Assembly (NCBI GenBank): GCA_964276515.1
Contig: OZ193909.1
Span: forward strand, 16,120,001-16,184,000
Reading direction: 5' to 3'
DNA: 64,000 nucleotides
DNA from: Gordius albopunctatus
Taxonomy: Eukaryota
Positions within the stretch are counted from its first letter, which is position 1, and each line of letters opens with the position of its first letter. Under the pieces are notes generated by a model, which searched no databases, was not told where the DNA came from, and saw only the letters and a list, made by a program, of their open reading frames with translations. A program made the translations under genes and the position numbers. Below are positions 49,301 through 63,289 of the stretch, in pieces.

Positions 49301-52300
49301 TCCCCCAAACGAATATTTTATACCAAGTTCCCTAGTTTGACAATGGATGATGGTAAAAAATGCTAGTTCACATGATTCGTATCGTTTAGCAATCACCACA
49401 TTAACATTTTCCTAATGATCTAGCTATTATCTCATAACAAAAAAGTTTTTTAAAAAAAGTCACTCAGACCATATGTAAAACCTCATGGGGTTGGGCAGCA
49501 TATTTTGGAATAAAAATATATTACTTTTCCGATAACATCGCGGATGGCATAATATTTTGGCGTGGGGTCGCCCCCTTCATTGAGGGGGGCATCGAAATCG
49601 TAACTAGTAGGGTTAGGGAGGTACATGGGCTCATCGTAATTGGCTCCGTTGTTGAAAGCAAAACTCGTCCCACCCTCTACGACGTACAAATTAACGCAAG
49701 TCCCGTTCGAAGAATCTAGCATTTGGGTCAGGGTCATGGCCACGCTTTCGGGCGGGGTCCGAGAATGGGGTTGGCCCCAGTGGTCTATCCAGCCCGTGTA
49801 GTATTCGCTGTTGATGAGGGGTCCAGCAGGTTCCGTTTCCCTTTGCGCTTGGAACGATTGATTTACATCCGCATCTCATGAGTTTAAAAATTAAGGTGCT
49901 ATGATTGCTGTGCCCTTCCATTTTTCAATATGAGGAATTAATTAATTTCGGTGAGACAGGATGTGAAAACGATGTATTATGAATTTATCACTGCGACCGT
50001 TAAAAGCAGAACGAAATCCTTTGGCCCGTTTTTGTTTAGTCGACTAACACCAAAGTTGAAATAAGCAAAACCCGGTCTATGTTATCATTAACAGTAGATG
50101 TTAAAAAGTTTACAAGATAAATAAATCTCTTTTCCCACAAATCTATGTCGTAATTACAACTAAGCCTTCTTTGAATATAAAAGTAAAGCCGCAAAATTTG
50201 TATATCCCGCATTACATCCATTTTTCACCTTTGATTAAATTTGGAGATTTAAGCCCAAACTATTTAGATGGAGACAGTACAATTTATTAGAAGTTTCTAA
50301 ATATCCGATGGATATATCATCAGAAGATAAGAACTTAATGTCGATCTGCCACTCATTTATTTATGCATTTAAAATGGTTGGAAATTCTATTCCAGAAGGT
50401 CTTTAAAGCCAAACACTTTTTCCAAAAACTTGATTCACCTCAAAAAGGAATTTAGATGATGCGTAAATAAGGAAAAGCGACGGAGTTATTCATAGTAATG
50501 TTAGACACTAGCCATAATTTAAATTAAATCGGCAGAAGGAGCGGGTACGCTAAGCAAGCGGCGGTGGGTTGCCTGGCACTTCAACATACTCGTTTAACTA
50601 ATTCTATGCACTTAAATTTCAATATATGACTGATTAAACAGGGGGTAAAGCTTTCGTCCCACAGCTCAGGGTTATGGACTCATCTTTTCCCCAAATCCAA
50701 GTGTTAATATCAGATGTCCCTTCTGCTATAGCTATCGCCACAATGTTATATTAACATAATCTAGACAGTTTTAGTCAACAAAACTAACCATCGAAGGGTC
50801 GAATTTAATGATGATCCATATAAAAGCAAACAACCTTGATCAGTGGTGACGAAGATAAAAGCTCAAAATAAACTAATTATCAATTCAACCCCAAAAATTA
50901 GAAGCTTCACAACCCAACCTTATTGACGGCAAAATACTTTGTTCGTATCCTGGTGTCATGCTTAAACCCTTTGATATTTTTCCTAAAACCGAAAATCATC
51001 TATTTCCCTCCGCCCGCCCGTATGAGAATTGAGGGTCGCGTGCATATATTTTTCAAAAATAATTCCTCCATTTGAATGATCATTTACTTTTCAGGTTTAG
51101 CCCTTTGCAATCAAAAGTCATTAGCCTAATTCAATAGTCGAAACATTGGTCAATCGCTTATTTTATATTAAATGTTACCCTACATTTTCCCCCTATCCTA
51201 CTTTCTTAAAACGTGTTTGCTTACAGAGTATCAGTTTAGTGAGCATAACAATTTGTTTAACATGTAATTAATGGCACCCATAAAACCATATTCGAATATA
51301 GCGGTTGTGAGACGTGTAGAAGAATTATAATTTAAACAATTAAATCTTCAAGATTTTCTTAAAAAGTACTACAACACATTTTAGGGCCTCGTCAAATCGG
51401 TACCAAATCCACTCAATGCCCACAAATTTTTCCGATTTCCATTTTAAAATTTCCTCCAAAAATTATGGAAATTCATAAAACAAATAATCTGTAAAGCGAC
51501 GCAATTATAGGTGTAGACTCACTGGGTCCAAAATCTATGGTAGCATAAACGTCGGGTATCTTGCCGTGCTTGAGAAAGGATTGAGCATTTCCATCGGTCG
51601 TAAAGAGGACTATTTCGGGGCCCAGCAAGCGACGAAACTGATCTCTCAGCGCTATTAAATAGGCTGCGTCGTGGGCGAAATAGCTCCCATACTCATTTTC
51701 CACCTTAAACAACATTGTTTTTTGGGATTAAAATTATATAGGAAACGTTAAAATAAACTTAATTCATTCAATATTCTTAAAAAAAGCTTTTTATATAATT
51801 TTCACAAAAATATATGGAATTTAATCTTTGAGGAGAACATGTGTTAATATTAATAAAGATTGATATGAACTCCAACATTCGTAGTAAGGATACATCTCTC
51901 TTGTCCAACATGTGTCGCAAAACAAGTTAAGTTACTGAGTATCGAACTTGTCGATCATTTTATACATTAAAGGTATGCGCCTTCAGTAGTGCTAAATCTA
52001 GATACAGAACCAATAGACAGAATGTGTAACAATATGAGAAAGATGAAAATAGGATTCAATTACAAAAATCGACACCTAATCTTAAAGTCAATTTATTTTG
52101 TAATTTAATAAAAAATCGACAAATATTATTACTCCGTATATTAAACATTTAAGAGCCAAGATAATCTCAATAAATTTAGGCAGAAGCTTTACTTGGACGG
52201 TTACGATAGGTCCGCCGTTGTGGTAAAGGAAAGGCTTGATTTTGGGTAAAACGTAGTCGAACCATTGCCTGACGTGCTTCAAATAGCCTTCGTCAGAAGT

Positions 52301-55300
52301 TCTGAGCTTGTTGCTAGAGACCAGCGTTTCATTCTTTAAAATCCAATATGGCAAACCACCCTAGGCGCGTTATAATTTAGAACAATTTCAAAATTTGTTG
52401 CATACATTTAATGCGTTAAACCTAGCGTGTGCGCTCAAATAAACTTTTGTAATATTGGAATCTCTCGGATTTATAACTTCTAGCATAGAGCAGATGCAAT
52501 TTTTTTATATATTATAATTATACAACCTCATTTTCAAAACTAATCTTCTTGATTAATGCCAACACGTATTATGTCACGTCTACCACGAGCGGTCATTTCA
52601 CTTAATAATTCACTGTACGATTATTTTTCGCCCGGATTTATTCAAATTCTAAGATTTACTTATTTGTCTTTCTCTTTATATAGTGACGTTCATATAGTCA
52701 AAACACATTAAATAATTAATGAAAGAAAATCTAAATCAAATCCTACCTAAGCTATGTAATTACCGTCGAATCTGGTGCAAAATGTAATAATGTAATATTC
52801 GCATTTTAGAAATTGAGACCGGTTTTCACGCATAATTATACGCATGTAATATGTACTAAAAAACTAGGTAATAAAAGGATACTGTAATTGTTAATTGAAA
52901 CAAAATAAGTTATATGAAAATGTATAATACTATTTTATCAAATAAATACATATTATCAAATAAATCACTAAATCTAACCCTAACCCTTGCCTATATTACA
53001 TTTTGCACAGAAGTGTTACCGTCTATATTATTCAAAAACCTAAACAAGTATATAGCTCTTTAAAAAATGATGCGCGACTCCGCTGGAGGAAAGAGAGCGC
53101 GCCAACGTAAAAAATGGCAAATGATGTTATCCATCAAAATTACATATTATATCAAACACTCATCACATCATTACTAGCGCGTACGAATAAAAGATTTGCA
53201 CTGAAATATAGAGGCATGTTTTTACCTAGATCTAAAATATCGAAAGAAAACTAAAAACAAAAGCGAGCTCATAAATTGCAGAGCAATTAAAGGTCATATA
53301 GGTGGTATATGCATTTATGAACGAGATTAGAAAACGGAGCCATATCTTACTAATATTATCCCGTGGAAAAATTCCCACTAAAATTTGAAAAAATATGATT
53401 CCCCTTGATATAAATTCATAAAAAAAACTAAATTCAACTTGTAGTAAATATACAAAAAGCCACAAAAAAAAACTTAGCTAACCAAGTCCCATTCGGCATC
53501 TATGTAGGGTCCAGGCCTGAGAATCACGTTCAGACCATTTTCCTGTGCCAGTTGGAAGAAGCGGAATATATCTCGGTCCCCTTCGAAATCATACTTTCCC
53601 TGAAAAGTTTCGTGGAAATTCCAGGCAATATACCTGAAAGGTGGTTGCAAGGGAAAGAAAGCAATTGTTAAAAACTCAAAAAATTTAAAAAATATAAAAT
53701 TTTATGATTCGCAATTGATATCTAAAGTCACATCTTTTATATAGGATCACTCAAATTAATTTTGAAAAAATCGAGATTCAATAATAATTAATCTTAGGGG
53801 CTAGAGATCTGTAATGGGCCGATTTCAGAAGGTCGGCCCGTACGTACCCGTTTTAAAAACTTTCAGGCCCGCCCGGCCCGTTTATAATTTAAACAAATAT
53901 TTTAAAACCCCTTTGTAACATAAATTCCAGGATTGTTTACAGAATTTTAGGCCCGCCCGATCCTGTAATTAAACCTGTTTAGCCGTCACAAACCCGGGCT
54001 TCTAAAACTTTTTTTCCAAAGCCCCTCCGTACCCGCCCACAGGACAGGCCTGCCCATGCGGATCTCTAATAAGGGCCACGCCACGAGTACAAAATCACCA
54101 AATATTAGCAAAGTATATATATTCAAGAACATGTTCAAATCAATGTTTATTGGTAAAAACAAAACTAAAGTGCGAAATTTGTTGTTTCTAAAACAAACAA
54201 AACCAAAATTCTTGCTAATTAATATGCAAAAATGGTGATGAAAATTAATGGAAAATGTTGCTCACTCCCCCCTTTCTTAAACTCACATTTTTAATTTTAG
54301 TAATATTATAATTGAAATTTTGAAAAAAATCATTATAACCTTTTGCCCTCAGCCTGTAATTCAAATCCTCACTAAGGCCATAGATGTAAATTAAAGTATA
54401 TTGCTTAAACTGAATTTGCACAATTATATAGTGGTCCATATGAATGTTAAAATATTTAAAACTAAATATGTTTAATTAATAATGAATTTAAAATTAAATA
54501 TGGTTAAAAGGTATACCAGTTAATAAATAAAATCTAGATAATTTTTTCAGCGGCTAAAAATAAAAATTTAACCTTTCACAATTCAGAAAATGGAGATGTG
54601 TAACTGCTTTATATACAATTTAAATATAAAATTATTGATTAGTAATTTTATATTAATTACTCCTTAATTTACAACAATAAAAAAATCACTGAATCTCAAA
54701 CATTTATCAAAAATTTATTAATAAATTAACTAAATTGAATAGAAATAATCAGAACTATCAAACTATATAGGATATTTTTTAATTTATAAACAAAATAATT
54801 ATTTTATTTTATTAGGATTAAATTAAGATTTAACAGTTTCAATGATTCCTTTACTCCTATCTTATTGTGGATAAAAGAAGGCTTAGATCTTTTTAAAATG
54901 TTAAATAAAAATCTGTAGACTTGGTCATATCTTTAGTACTAATCATTATCTTGTTGCCCTTATTGTTTATACCAAATAAACATTTACAATATAAATTATA
55001 CACACAAGTCTTCCATCCACATTTAAATTATAAATTACGTTTGTACAGTATCCAACCCAAGATATTTGAATTTTTTCAGTCTATCAGACCAATATTGATG
55101 GGGCACTCTGAAATAATGCATTGTTCCAGATATATATCTAAAAGGCTCGTCATCTTTTAAAAATTGGTTGTTGGCATAGTCAATTGTAAAAGATCTGGTA
55201 GCGTAATAGGAGTCAATAAATAATAAAAAATACACCTATAAGATATTGATAAAACAATTATTAGGCTACTTGAATAATAAATAACAATAAATATTTAATA

Positions 55301-55305
55301 TCCAT
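43319..55305 (-). CDS. GLB1: Beta-galactosidase, glycoside hydrolase family 35 (GLB1-like), 10 exons
   Basis: Exons 55305-55270, 55235-55039, 53633-53483, 52360-52193, 51703-51523, ~49874-49525, 48903-48598, 46485-46213, 45365-45210, 43660-43319. Motifs [79 protein letters not shown]. Confidence 0.93.
46841..48075 (+). mobile_element. Internally deleted hAT transposon with transposase C-terminus, in a GLB1 intron
   Basis: [20 protein letters not shown] and the hATC dimerisation motif [35 protein letters not shown] ~41-nt intron at ~47557-47597; cgggc-rich subterminal repeats at both ends. Confidence 0.88.
53802..54068. mobile_element. hAT-type MITE
   Basis: TAGAGATCTG ... CGGATCTCTA termini, ggcccg subterminal repeats, degenerate 8-bp TSD ttaggggc / ataagggc. 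Confidence 0.7.
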
Positions 55306-56728
55306 ATAAATTTTGTTCTGTTAGTCAATTTCAAATTTACACGGCACAAGCTATATATTCTGTATTCTAAGTGATAAATAACAAATCGCAAAAATTCATT
55401 TCTTAAAAGTTCTATTCCCGAGTGCTACGCAAATAACACATCGCGTTCGTTAATTTGTTTGTTATTATTTACATATGATTAAATCCGCCATTTTTTAATT
55501 TTCATTCTATTTAATATTATAATATCACTAATACTTTCAGGTTACACCAATCATTTACCTTCTGATAAATGGTATGGAAAAATATATAAATTAAATATTT
55601 TCTAAACTAAAATAGTTGAAAAAAATAAAACCAAGAAAAAATTAATGATGGTAAAAAAAATTAAATAGAGGCCTTGCTATTAAGGAGTACCTATCTCAAG
55701 GGGAAGTAAAAATGTTCTTCATAAAGAACTGGACGTGGAAGATTTGTTTCATTTAAAATAAACCACATAATGTTTTATGAGAACCATAACCATCTAAAAT
55801 CTAAATCATTTGTTCTAATGTTTTGAAAATTTAGGTAAACTAAATAAAGCTGAAGCAGCTGGTAGCAGGGGAATGGAGTGCAACATGGAAATTAAAATCT
55901 CTTAAGGAAAAATGTAAAGGTGGTTTTAATTAAGAATTTAAAATACATCTAATAGGTTGAATGTCATCCCAACTGATTGAATGATGATGTAAAAAAATTG
56001 TGAGAATAATTTCTTAAGGCAGAAACAAGATAATATATTCACAAAATTTTCAAAAATTATATTTTGTAACATAAACTTAATGCTTTCACGTTTCCAGTTT
56101 TTCTCTACACAATCAATCTTTATGGAGTTTTCTCTAAATCATGCACAATTATATATGCTAATTAATATTACAATTTTTGTGTTGTAAACCTTATTTGTTA
56201 TCAGTTTAATACAATAAACATTGTGTTATATTTGATATTAATTAATAAAATGCGGGTTTGATAATAATCAGAAGATAATAATAACCTCTTTCAGGAGTGC
56301 CGCAATCAAATTAAAAGTAACCTCTAATTATTAGAAATCGGCAATTTGAATTAGAGACTAATTTGAACTATATATATCCCTATCTTTTTTAGCATATATT
56401 ATTGTTGTTAGCAGTGTTATATTCAAGATATTAATACTATTTGTGAGTCAGAGAGAGTTACAATTATATTAGTAAGAATAACCATTTAAGTATTTTATCA
56501 ATAAATTATATCGTTTTCATTAGAAATCATTAGTATAACAATTAAATTTACAATTTTGCATAGATATTCTTACAAATCCTTAAAGATTAGTTTGTAAAAA
56601 TCTGAATACATTTATACATACATCATTAAGGGTCACATAATATAAATGCTGTTTTCTTATTTTCAGAGTTAATCGTCGGTATCAGAATTATGTATGTTCT
56701 AAAGGTGCAAAAGCTTTATGCGTATAGT

Positions 56729-57196
56729 TAGTGATGGTGAAACGCTTAGCACCAGCGCGTGTAGCGCCTCCCATCTTCATAGCATAGTCGCTTGTATGTG
56801 CTGAAGTCATAGCACATAGTCACTTAGAGGCGCTAAAGCTATAGCACATAGTCACTTGGAGGCGCTAGAGGTGTAGCACATTGTTCTATAAGGCGCTAGA
56901 TTTATAGCGTGGCGCTAATATTGTTATAAAATTTATTGGTTAAATTGCATGTGGTACCACATGTGCGTATATTAAAGCAATTAATAGTGCAATTTAACCT
57001 ATAAATTTTATAACAATGTTAGCGCCACGCTATAACTCTAGCGCTTTATGTGACAATGTGTTACACCTCTAGCGCCTCCAAGTGACTATGTGCTATAGCT
57101 TCAGCGCCTGTAACTGACTGTGCTACAACTTTAGCGCCTCCAAGTGACTATGTGCTATAGCTTTAGCGCCTATCAAACGCTATTTCACCATCACTA
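56729..57196. mobile_element. hAT-type palindromic MITE with ~32-bp internal repeats
   Basis: TAGTGATGGTGAAA ... TTTCACCATCACTA; TSD cgtatagt / catatagt; inverted arrays of agcacatagtcacttggaggcgcta. Confidence 0.85.
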
Positions 57197-57579
57197 CATA
57201 TAGTTACCAACAATTTATTTCTTCTATTTTCAAATCTTATTTTTTACATGATGTTATAATATAAAAGTTATTCAAGATAGTTACCAACAATCTTCTATTT
57301 CATTTTTTATAAAATGCACATATAAAAATTCAAGAGCATTTTTTAATCTAATTTTTTATAACATGCTATCTTAAAAAATACAGTTTATTTAATTTTTGAG
57401 CCAAATTCAGCAAAACTTTTAGGCATCAAAGACCTTAGAAGTTCTTAAGAATCATACTATATCTCTAATTCCACCTTTTATCTTACTTCTCTTTGCATCC
57501 TGTTTTTCTGCCAGTTGTACTGTATACTCCAAAATTTGACCCACCTTTTCCCCTATCTACCTTTCACGTTATGCATTCT

Positions 57580-58464
57580 ATGCCTAAAGCGAAAAAGTAC
57601 GTTATTGTTACTCTCGATGACTGGGTCCCAATGCTTCCCCCATCCTCAACTGTCCAGACCACCTCCCAAGTAGTCCCAACTACTGACATGTTCTCCCAAA
57701 CCTATTTTCTGGATAACATTACATTACAACCTGGCCAGAGGGATAATGTAGGAACAAGTGATACAGATATACAAACCGAAGTGATCGTATCACCCTTAAA
57801 ATGAAACGAAAGGACTCCGAGTCCCATTCCTGATAAAGTTCATTCACTCTTAGCGGGATGGGCTAGTAAGATGAACAGAATGGAGGCTCTCCTTGAAACA
57901 CGACTTCCTCCTCCTCCTCCTCCTCCTCAAAGAGAAGTAAGACAACAACCACAGGCCCCTAGAGATATAACCACGTCGTCCCAGATGTATGAATCAGCTG
58001 AAAATATCATGCACTGGGGGCCCAGCTCTACTCAAAAAGTCCATATGCTAACGGATGCCGAGCTTAGGCGTATCATCGAAAACGAGAGAAGTAAAGCGGG
58101 GCCTACCCTGGAACCCACCAATATCGAACACTTAAAGAAACGGCTTAATGCCCTTAAGGAAGCCTATGACAACCCCTCCATCCCACCCTACTAGAAACAC
58201 GAGGCTGAATTCTTGCTATCCATAGGAGAAACAATTGACTGTTATGATGATACAATTGATAAATTCTGAGAAAGGGTTAGAATCCTCGCTCTAGCTACAT
58301 ACTACGGCTGGCAAGCCGTGACCGGCAAATCAAAGGACTGGGCTGAAAGAAATGGACTTGGATCTTACACCGAACCAGTGAACACTTTTCGTTCGTATGG
58401 TAGATATTCAGGTCAAAGAAAGGCGCCCCCTCCAAAAAAAGGAGCGTCTGAGACTAGGACGTAG
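57580..58464 (+). pseudogene. Intronless GC-rich ~295-codon frame with 3 internal stops; gag/ORF1-like, possibly DIRS-type
   Basis: ORFs 57493-57804 and 57871-58194 share one frame that continues to 58464. Poly-Pro, coiled-coil-like segments, RVRILALATYYGWQAV, basic tail. Confidence 0.4.
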
Positions 58465-58904
58465 GGACCGAGCCTACTTCCAGAAGGTAGCGGCGACCCT
58501 TGGCTGTGGTGATAACCCGCCAAGGTCAGTGGGAGATGAACGGACTCAGAGCTGGTATGGGTGGGTTGACACATAGTATTAGCCAGGGGCAGTCGCCTCC
58601 CTTCCTACATTTAATGAAAATATGGTTGAAACCTTACTAAACTTATTTTGCACTTCCTATATTAATCCAGAATTTTTTACCTTTCTCCCTTTAATTTCAA
58701 TCCTTGTTATACCCACAAGTTTCAGTTAAAACTTTGTAGTTACAAAATTAATTGCGTTAATTAATTCTTGTTATCTGTTGTGATAAATTAGCCCTTGATC
58801 AGATTTTTAAAAAATTAGGCAAAAACTTCATGTTTTGCATAAGCTAAAATAAACACTTTAGAAAAATTGCTTTGCACATCTTATTATATTTTATTTCATC
58901 TAAA

Positions 58905-61900
58905 TCATTGGCAATATTCATCAAATTTAAGCTTAAGGGCCTCCGATGTCTCTTCCAAATTCGACACATTGGGTATACTGATCTTTGGCTGAATCATTGT
59001 AATGTCTTCGAGATCAGTTTTAGCATATAGTGGATCTACAGTTGCACCTTCGTCGTAGTCTTTAGGTTTGCCTTGGAATCTAATAAAGAGAATTTGTTGC
59101 CAGGCAAACTTATACAGAAACTGGTACTGCAAAAAGTTGCAAACAAACTCGGGACGATCCGTTCGGAGGCTCTTAATTGCCAAATAGACATTTAAACCCC
59201 GCTCCACCCTAATTTGATCGTAGAGGTAGCAACAGGAGAGGTAAAGGCCTGCTTTAGAGAACCCATCATAGTCTTGAACGAGGATGGGTTTTGGAGACAT
59301 GATGGAACTGGATTTTATACTGCACAAACTGTAATTTTCAAAGTTTTCATTCAGGTCATCGTTCATCTTTTGCCATTCGTTAGACCTTTCTATCGTCTCT
59401 TGGATGGCTAGCGTAGACGGAGGAACGTCCTCTTTATTTTTCCAGCATAAAAGTTGGAATTGTTTCACGATTCGATAACTCCAATCATCTTTTGGAGGTG
59501 CGTTAGATCTTGCAACATAAAATATTGAGTTAGTTAAGGTAATGATGTAAAATTATTTAAGATTATTGATATTTATTTGAAATATAAACAGTAAGATAGG
59601 CTGTGATATAAAATATAATTTATTTTAAATCAACATAATTTAAAACATCTCTTAGATGACATATTACATGATCAAATTCTATAGTTAATGCCCCATGTGC
59701 ATACTCATGATCTTGTTGTAACTTAGGAGATATAATTCTAACACATATAAATATCGCTTGTAAAAATTGCAAATTTTCAAGGTTCAAAACACTATTATTA
59801 GTTTTTAGGCTTCTTGAAAACATTTAAATATTAAGTTTTAGTAGCGCCTTCCAAGATTATAAAAATCACGGGTAAAATTTAGTAATCTATCGAAATAACG
59901 AAATTTAATATTTAAACAATTGAAACAAAAGCAATAAACAAAAAGATAAATTTTTGATAATAAATCAGAAGTAAGTTTCTGGCTTTACTTTCTGGATAAA
60001 CGCTGCTTATGTTTGTAGATTTCAAATATAATTGACCAAAATCAATATGGTTAAGCTTTAATACTTAAAACTGCTTTTAAAAATTACTTTGTAAAATTCA
60101 AAATGAGCATGATTTATGTGATAAAGATTGTGCGCCTTAAGGATTTTAATAAGTACCATCAAACCAAATAAAATTCAGACTCAGCCCAAATGACCTAGCT
60201 ATTAATTTGCACATGGGATAGTGTCAAAATTTATGGGAATACACTCTTCGACTTTTGTGCAATTACAATCCTATTATTAATATGGACAAAATTTATTAGT
60301 GTTTGTGGGAAACAATATTTATCTATTCATAGGTAAAACCCAGACCTCCCGACATAAATCTCGCCTTTAGGATTGACCCTTCCATATTAATTTGCTATGC
60401 AAATCCTGATCGTTTATTATGCAATCAAAGGTGACTGCCAAAATAAGTCATATTAAAAAAATGCGATCTTTATAAGTTAGTTAAATAAAAATTAAATTCG
60501 ATATACCAAACGCATTCTTATTGATCATTTACAAGGGGGTAAATGAAATTTAAAGGATAATTGTCTAGTATTTTTTATCCAATAATTAGTGACAAAAAAT
60601 ATTTTAGACAATTAATGTTTAATTTCAGAAGGATAATAAAAAGCCTTTTGCTAAGCAATTTATATCATTTTTCTTTAACGAAACGATGAACTCGATTGCT
60701 TCTATTTTAACAGAGAGGCATACATTTTCATACCCATAAGCAGACTTTACAGGGTTATTTTTCTTATAATTTATAATGCTTTAGACATTTATTTCAAATG
60801 CAGTTTATGAAAAAAAACTAATTGATTGATATTTAATTTTCAGAACTGATATTAGTAATTACCACTTCGTTATAGTGATCTAAAATGTGGCAATGTTTGA
60901 AAATGTAACAAAAACTTTATTATTTTCTAAAATTTGGAGTTAGGAAAGGTTAGTCTCTCCCTGTCTCCCTCTGTCTAAAATTTTACACGCACGCAAAAAT
61001 TTATATAAAAGTAAATGACTTTACTTCGAGTAGCTGGGTAAATAGGCTTTAAATGTTGAGTGTGATTTCTTAGTTTTAAGACCATCAATTGATTCACTCC
61101 TAGACGATGGAAGCAAATTGGCCACTTTAAATGTCCGGATAGCCATAACCTTTCCAAAATCGGCATTAAGTACAATACTTGTATTGACCAATTCTACGTA
61201 AAACATTCCGTAATACCTGCCCGTCGGGCATTCTTTTCCTTGCTCAGTAATTTCACTGCTTTCTGTACATGGCCAGTACAGGTCTTCCCTTATATTTGAA
61301 GACGCTATTAAAATTACCAAAATTAATTATTGCATTTGATATCGTAAAGGCAATAGCCGCACTTCCTCCCTAAATAATTACCAATCCCTGCTTAAATTCA
61401 AACCTAGTTTATTTTGATATTCATCATTAGTAGTTAGTAAAAAAATTTATTTGGTCATTAGAATTATACCCTAATTATAATACCTATCTTAAGATTAAAT
61501 AGTATATTATTGCGCTGTTTTTATAGAAAAATCTGCTATAAAAGCAAATATGTGATGTAAATATTAAAAGCTGAAGACCAAAATTTACCAATTATATCAA
61601 TTAATTAACGAAGTAAGCTTAAAATTTAGAATCATTGTTTTGTCCCCCCCCCTCCCCGTTAATTATTAACAATCTCTCATTCCCCTTTAAATCATGGCTT
61701 CGCCCATGAAATTATTGATAGCTTGTGGCCAATTATAATTATAAGGTTATCAAAATTGTGTAGTTAAGCTGCAGTTAGTATTCTACATTAGATCAGTAGT
61801 AATTTTAATATATTTTTCCAATCTACTGTGCTTTACAATGTAATGCTATTTTTCTCACAAAAGTTACGTTTAAAAGAATTATTATTAATGTATTTTAAAA

Positions 61901-63289
61901 GTAAAAGGCGCCTAAATTTGGCTTGGATCTTTCAACTTAGGCGTGAAATAATTTTTGACGCAATTAAACAACCATCTTCTTTGATTTTAACCCCACATTT
62001 TCCACTTTTGTAATAGTTTTTTTAGTATTTTTTAAGCGGTTTACAACCTTTGCTATTGTAAATAGTTAGTAAAATATGTAAAATCACAAAGAAACTCACA
62101 TACTTTGAGGTTCATAGGACATATGCTTACTTGAACTTGTGCTTCCACTTTGCCCTTGTTTATGCAAAAGGATTATAGTTCTTATATCCTGCTCCCATAC
62201 CAATTTCCACAAGTCTACTCTCGTATCTGCAATGGGCCATTGAGTCACGATATAATTATCCTTCTGTCCGTAACCATTGACGAACGTCGCGTTTATGTAA
62301 TCAGTGGCACCTCGGTATCCCCCCACGGTCTTCAAAATCGGTCTTCTATTATCCTTAGGAACCACTTTTAAATCTCTGTTCTTACAAGAATTTTCTTTGG
62401 ATCTACCTAAACCAAATAATAACCAATAAATTCAAATATAAAATCACAAAAAGTTTACAAGTTTACAGAGTAATATTTGTTTTAGTGCATATCCTGATTG
62501 TGTGTGCAAAATAAAGTATGCTAATTTTGACATAGAAACTAATAATACAAAATAAGCTAAAGAAAAGCTTATTGATACATTGAAATTTGATAAGCTTAGA
62601 CAGCCATTTTGGGAAAGTTTTTTCAATATGCACAAAAGTCAAGGAAGAGAGAGAAAAACATAACATTAATAATATTATCTTTTTTCCACGCGTAAGTTTC
62701 CCATAAAATTTATTTATATTTACTAGTTTCCCAGAATAAGTCCTTATGACTTAAACATGGTGGCCGACACCCCTACTGCTTAATTTTTATCAGCTGGTCA
62801 TCAGACTATTGTATTATTGTTGATATCTTATAGTGAGCATGTCAGAATTTAACCGGGATTAATGAGACGGTAGGGATCGAGGGTTGAGGGTGGTGCCATA
62901 GTGCCTAGCACGCGCCATTGTTCTTCTAGATAGGTTTTGGAAGTTTTGGGATCGACCGAACAAATAGAGGTAAAATAATCGTGGGCAGTTTCGATTGAGA
63001 TGAAGGTTCCGCCCGAAATGAGGGCTTCCAAGACGGATTCGTATAAAAATTCGTACTGTTCCGCCGATTGTACCATATTGCATCTTTGTTCACGAATTTT
63101 TTTTACATATCCAAAAATATCAACGGCGTTTTCGGCTTTAGCCATGTCGATCATTGAATCGAGCCCTATGAAAGTTCCAGTCCTTCCCACACCGGCGCTA
63201 CAATGAATTATGGGAGGACCGGTGGCTTTAGAGTCATAAGCTTTGACGAAGTAATAAAACGAAAGGAATTCGTTCGTCCTGATAGGCAC
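58905..63289 (-). CDS. Receptor-type protein tyrosine phosphatase, 3' exons (D1 C-terminus plus D2); 5' part not found in the window
   Basis: Exons 63289-62854 (IHCSAGVGRTG, QRCNMVQSAEQY), 62406-~62131 (DYINATFV, IVTQWP), 61304-61025 (YWP), 59508-58905 (degenerate D2 site ILVQDYDGFSKAGLY, QYQFLY). Confidence 0.9.

Noticed and set aside
50285..50340. Hammerhead-like CUGAUGA...GAAAC on the minus strand
   Set aside because: Stem I cannot form and the base of stem II is mismatched.
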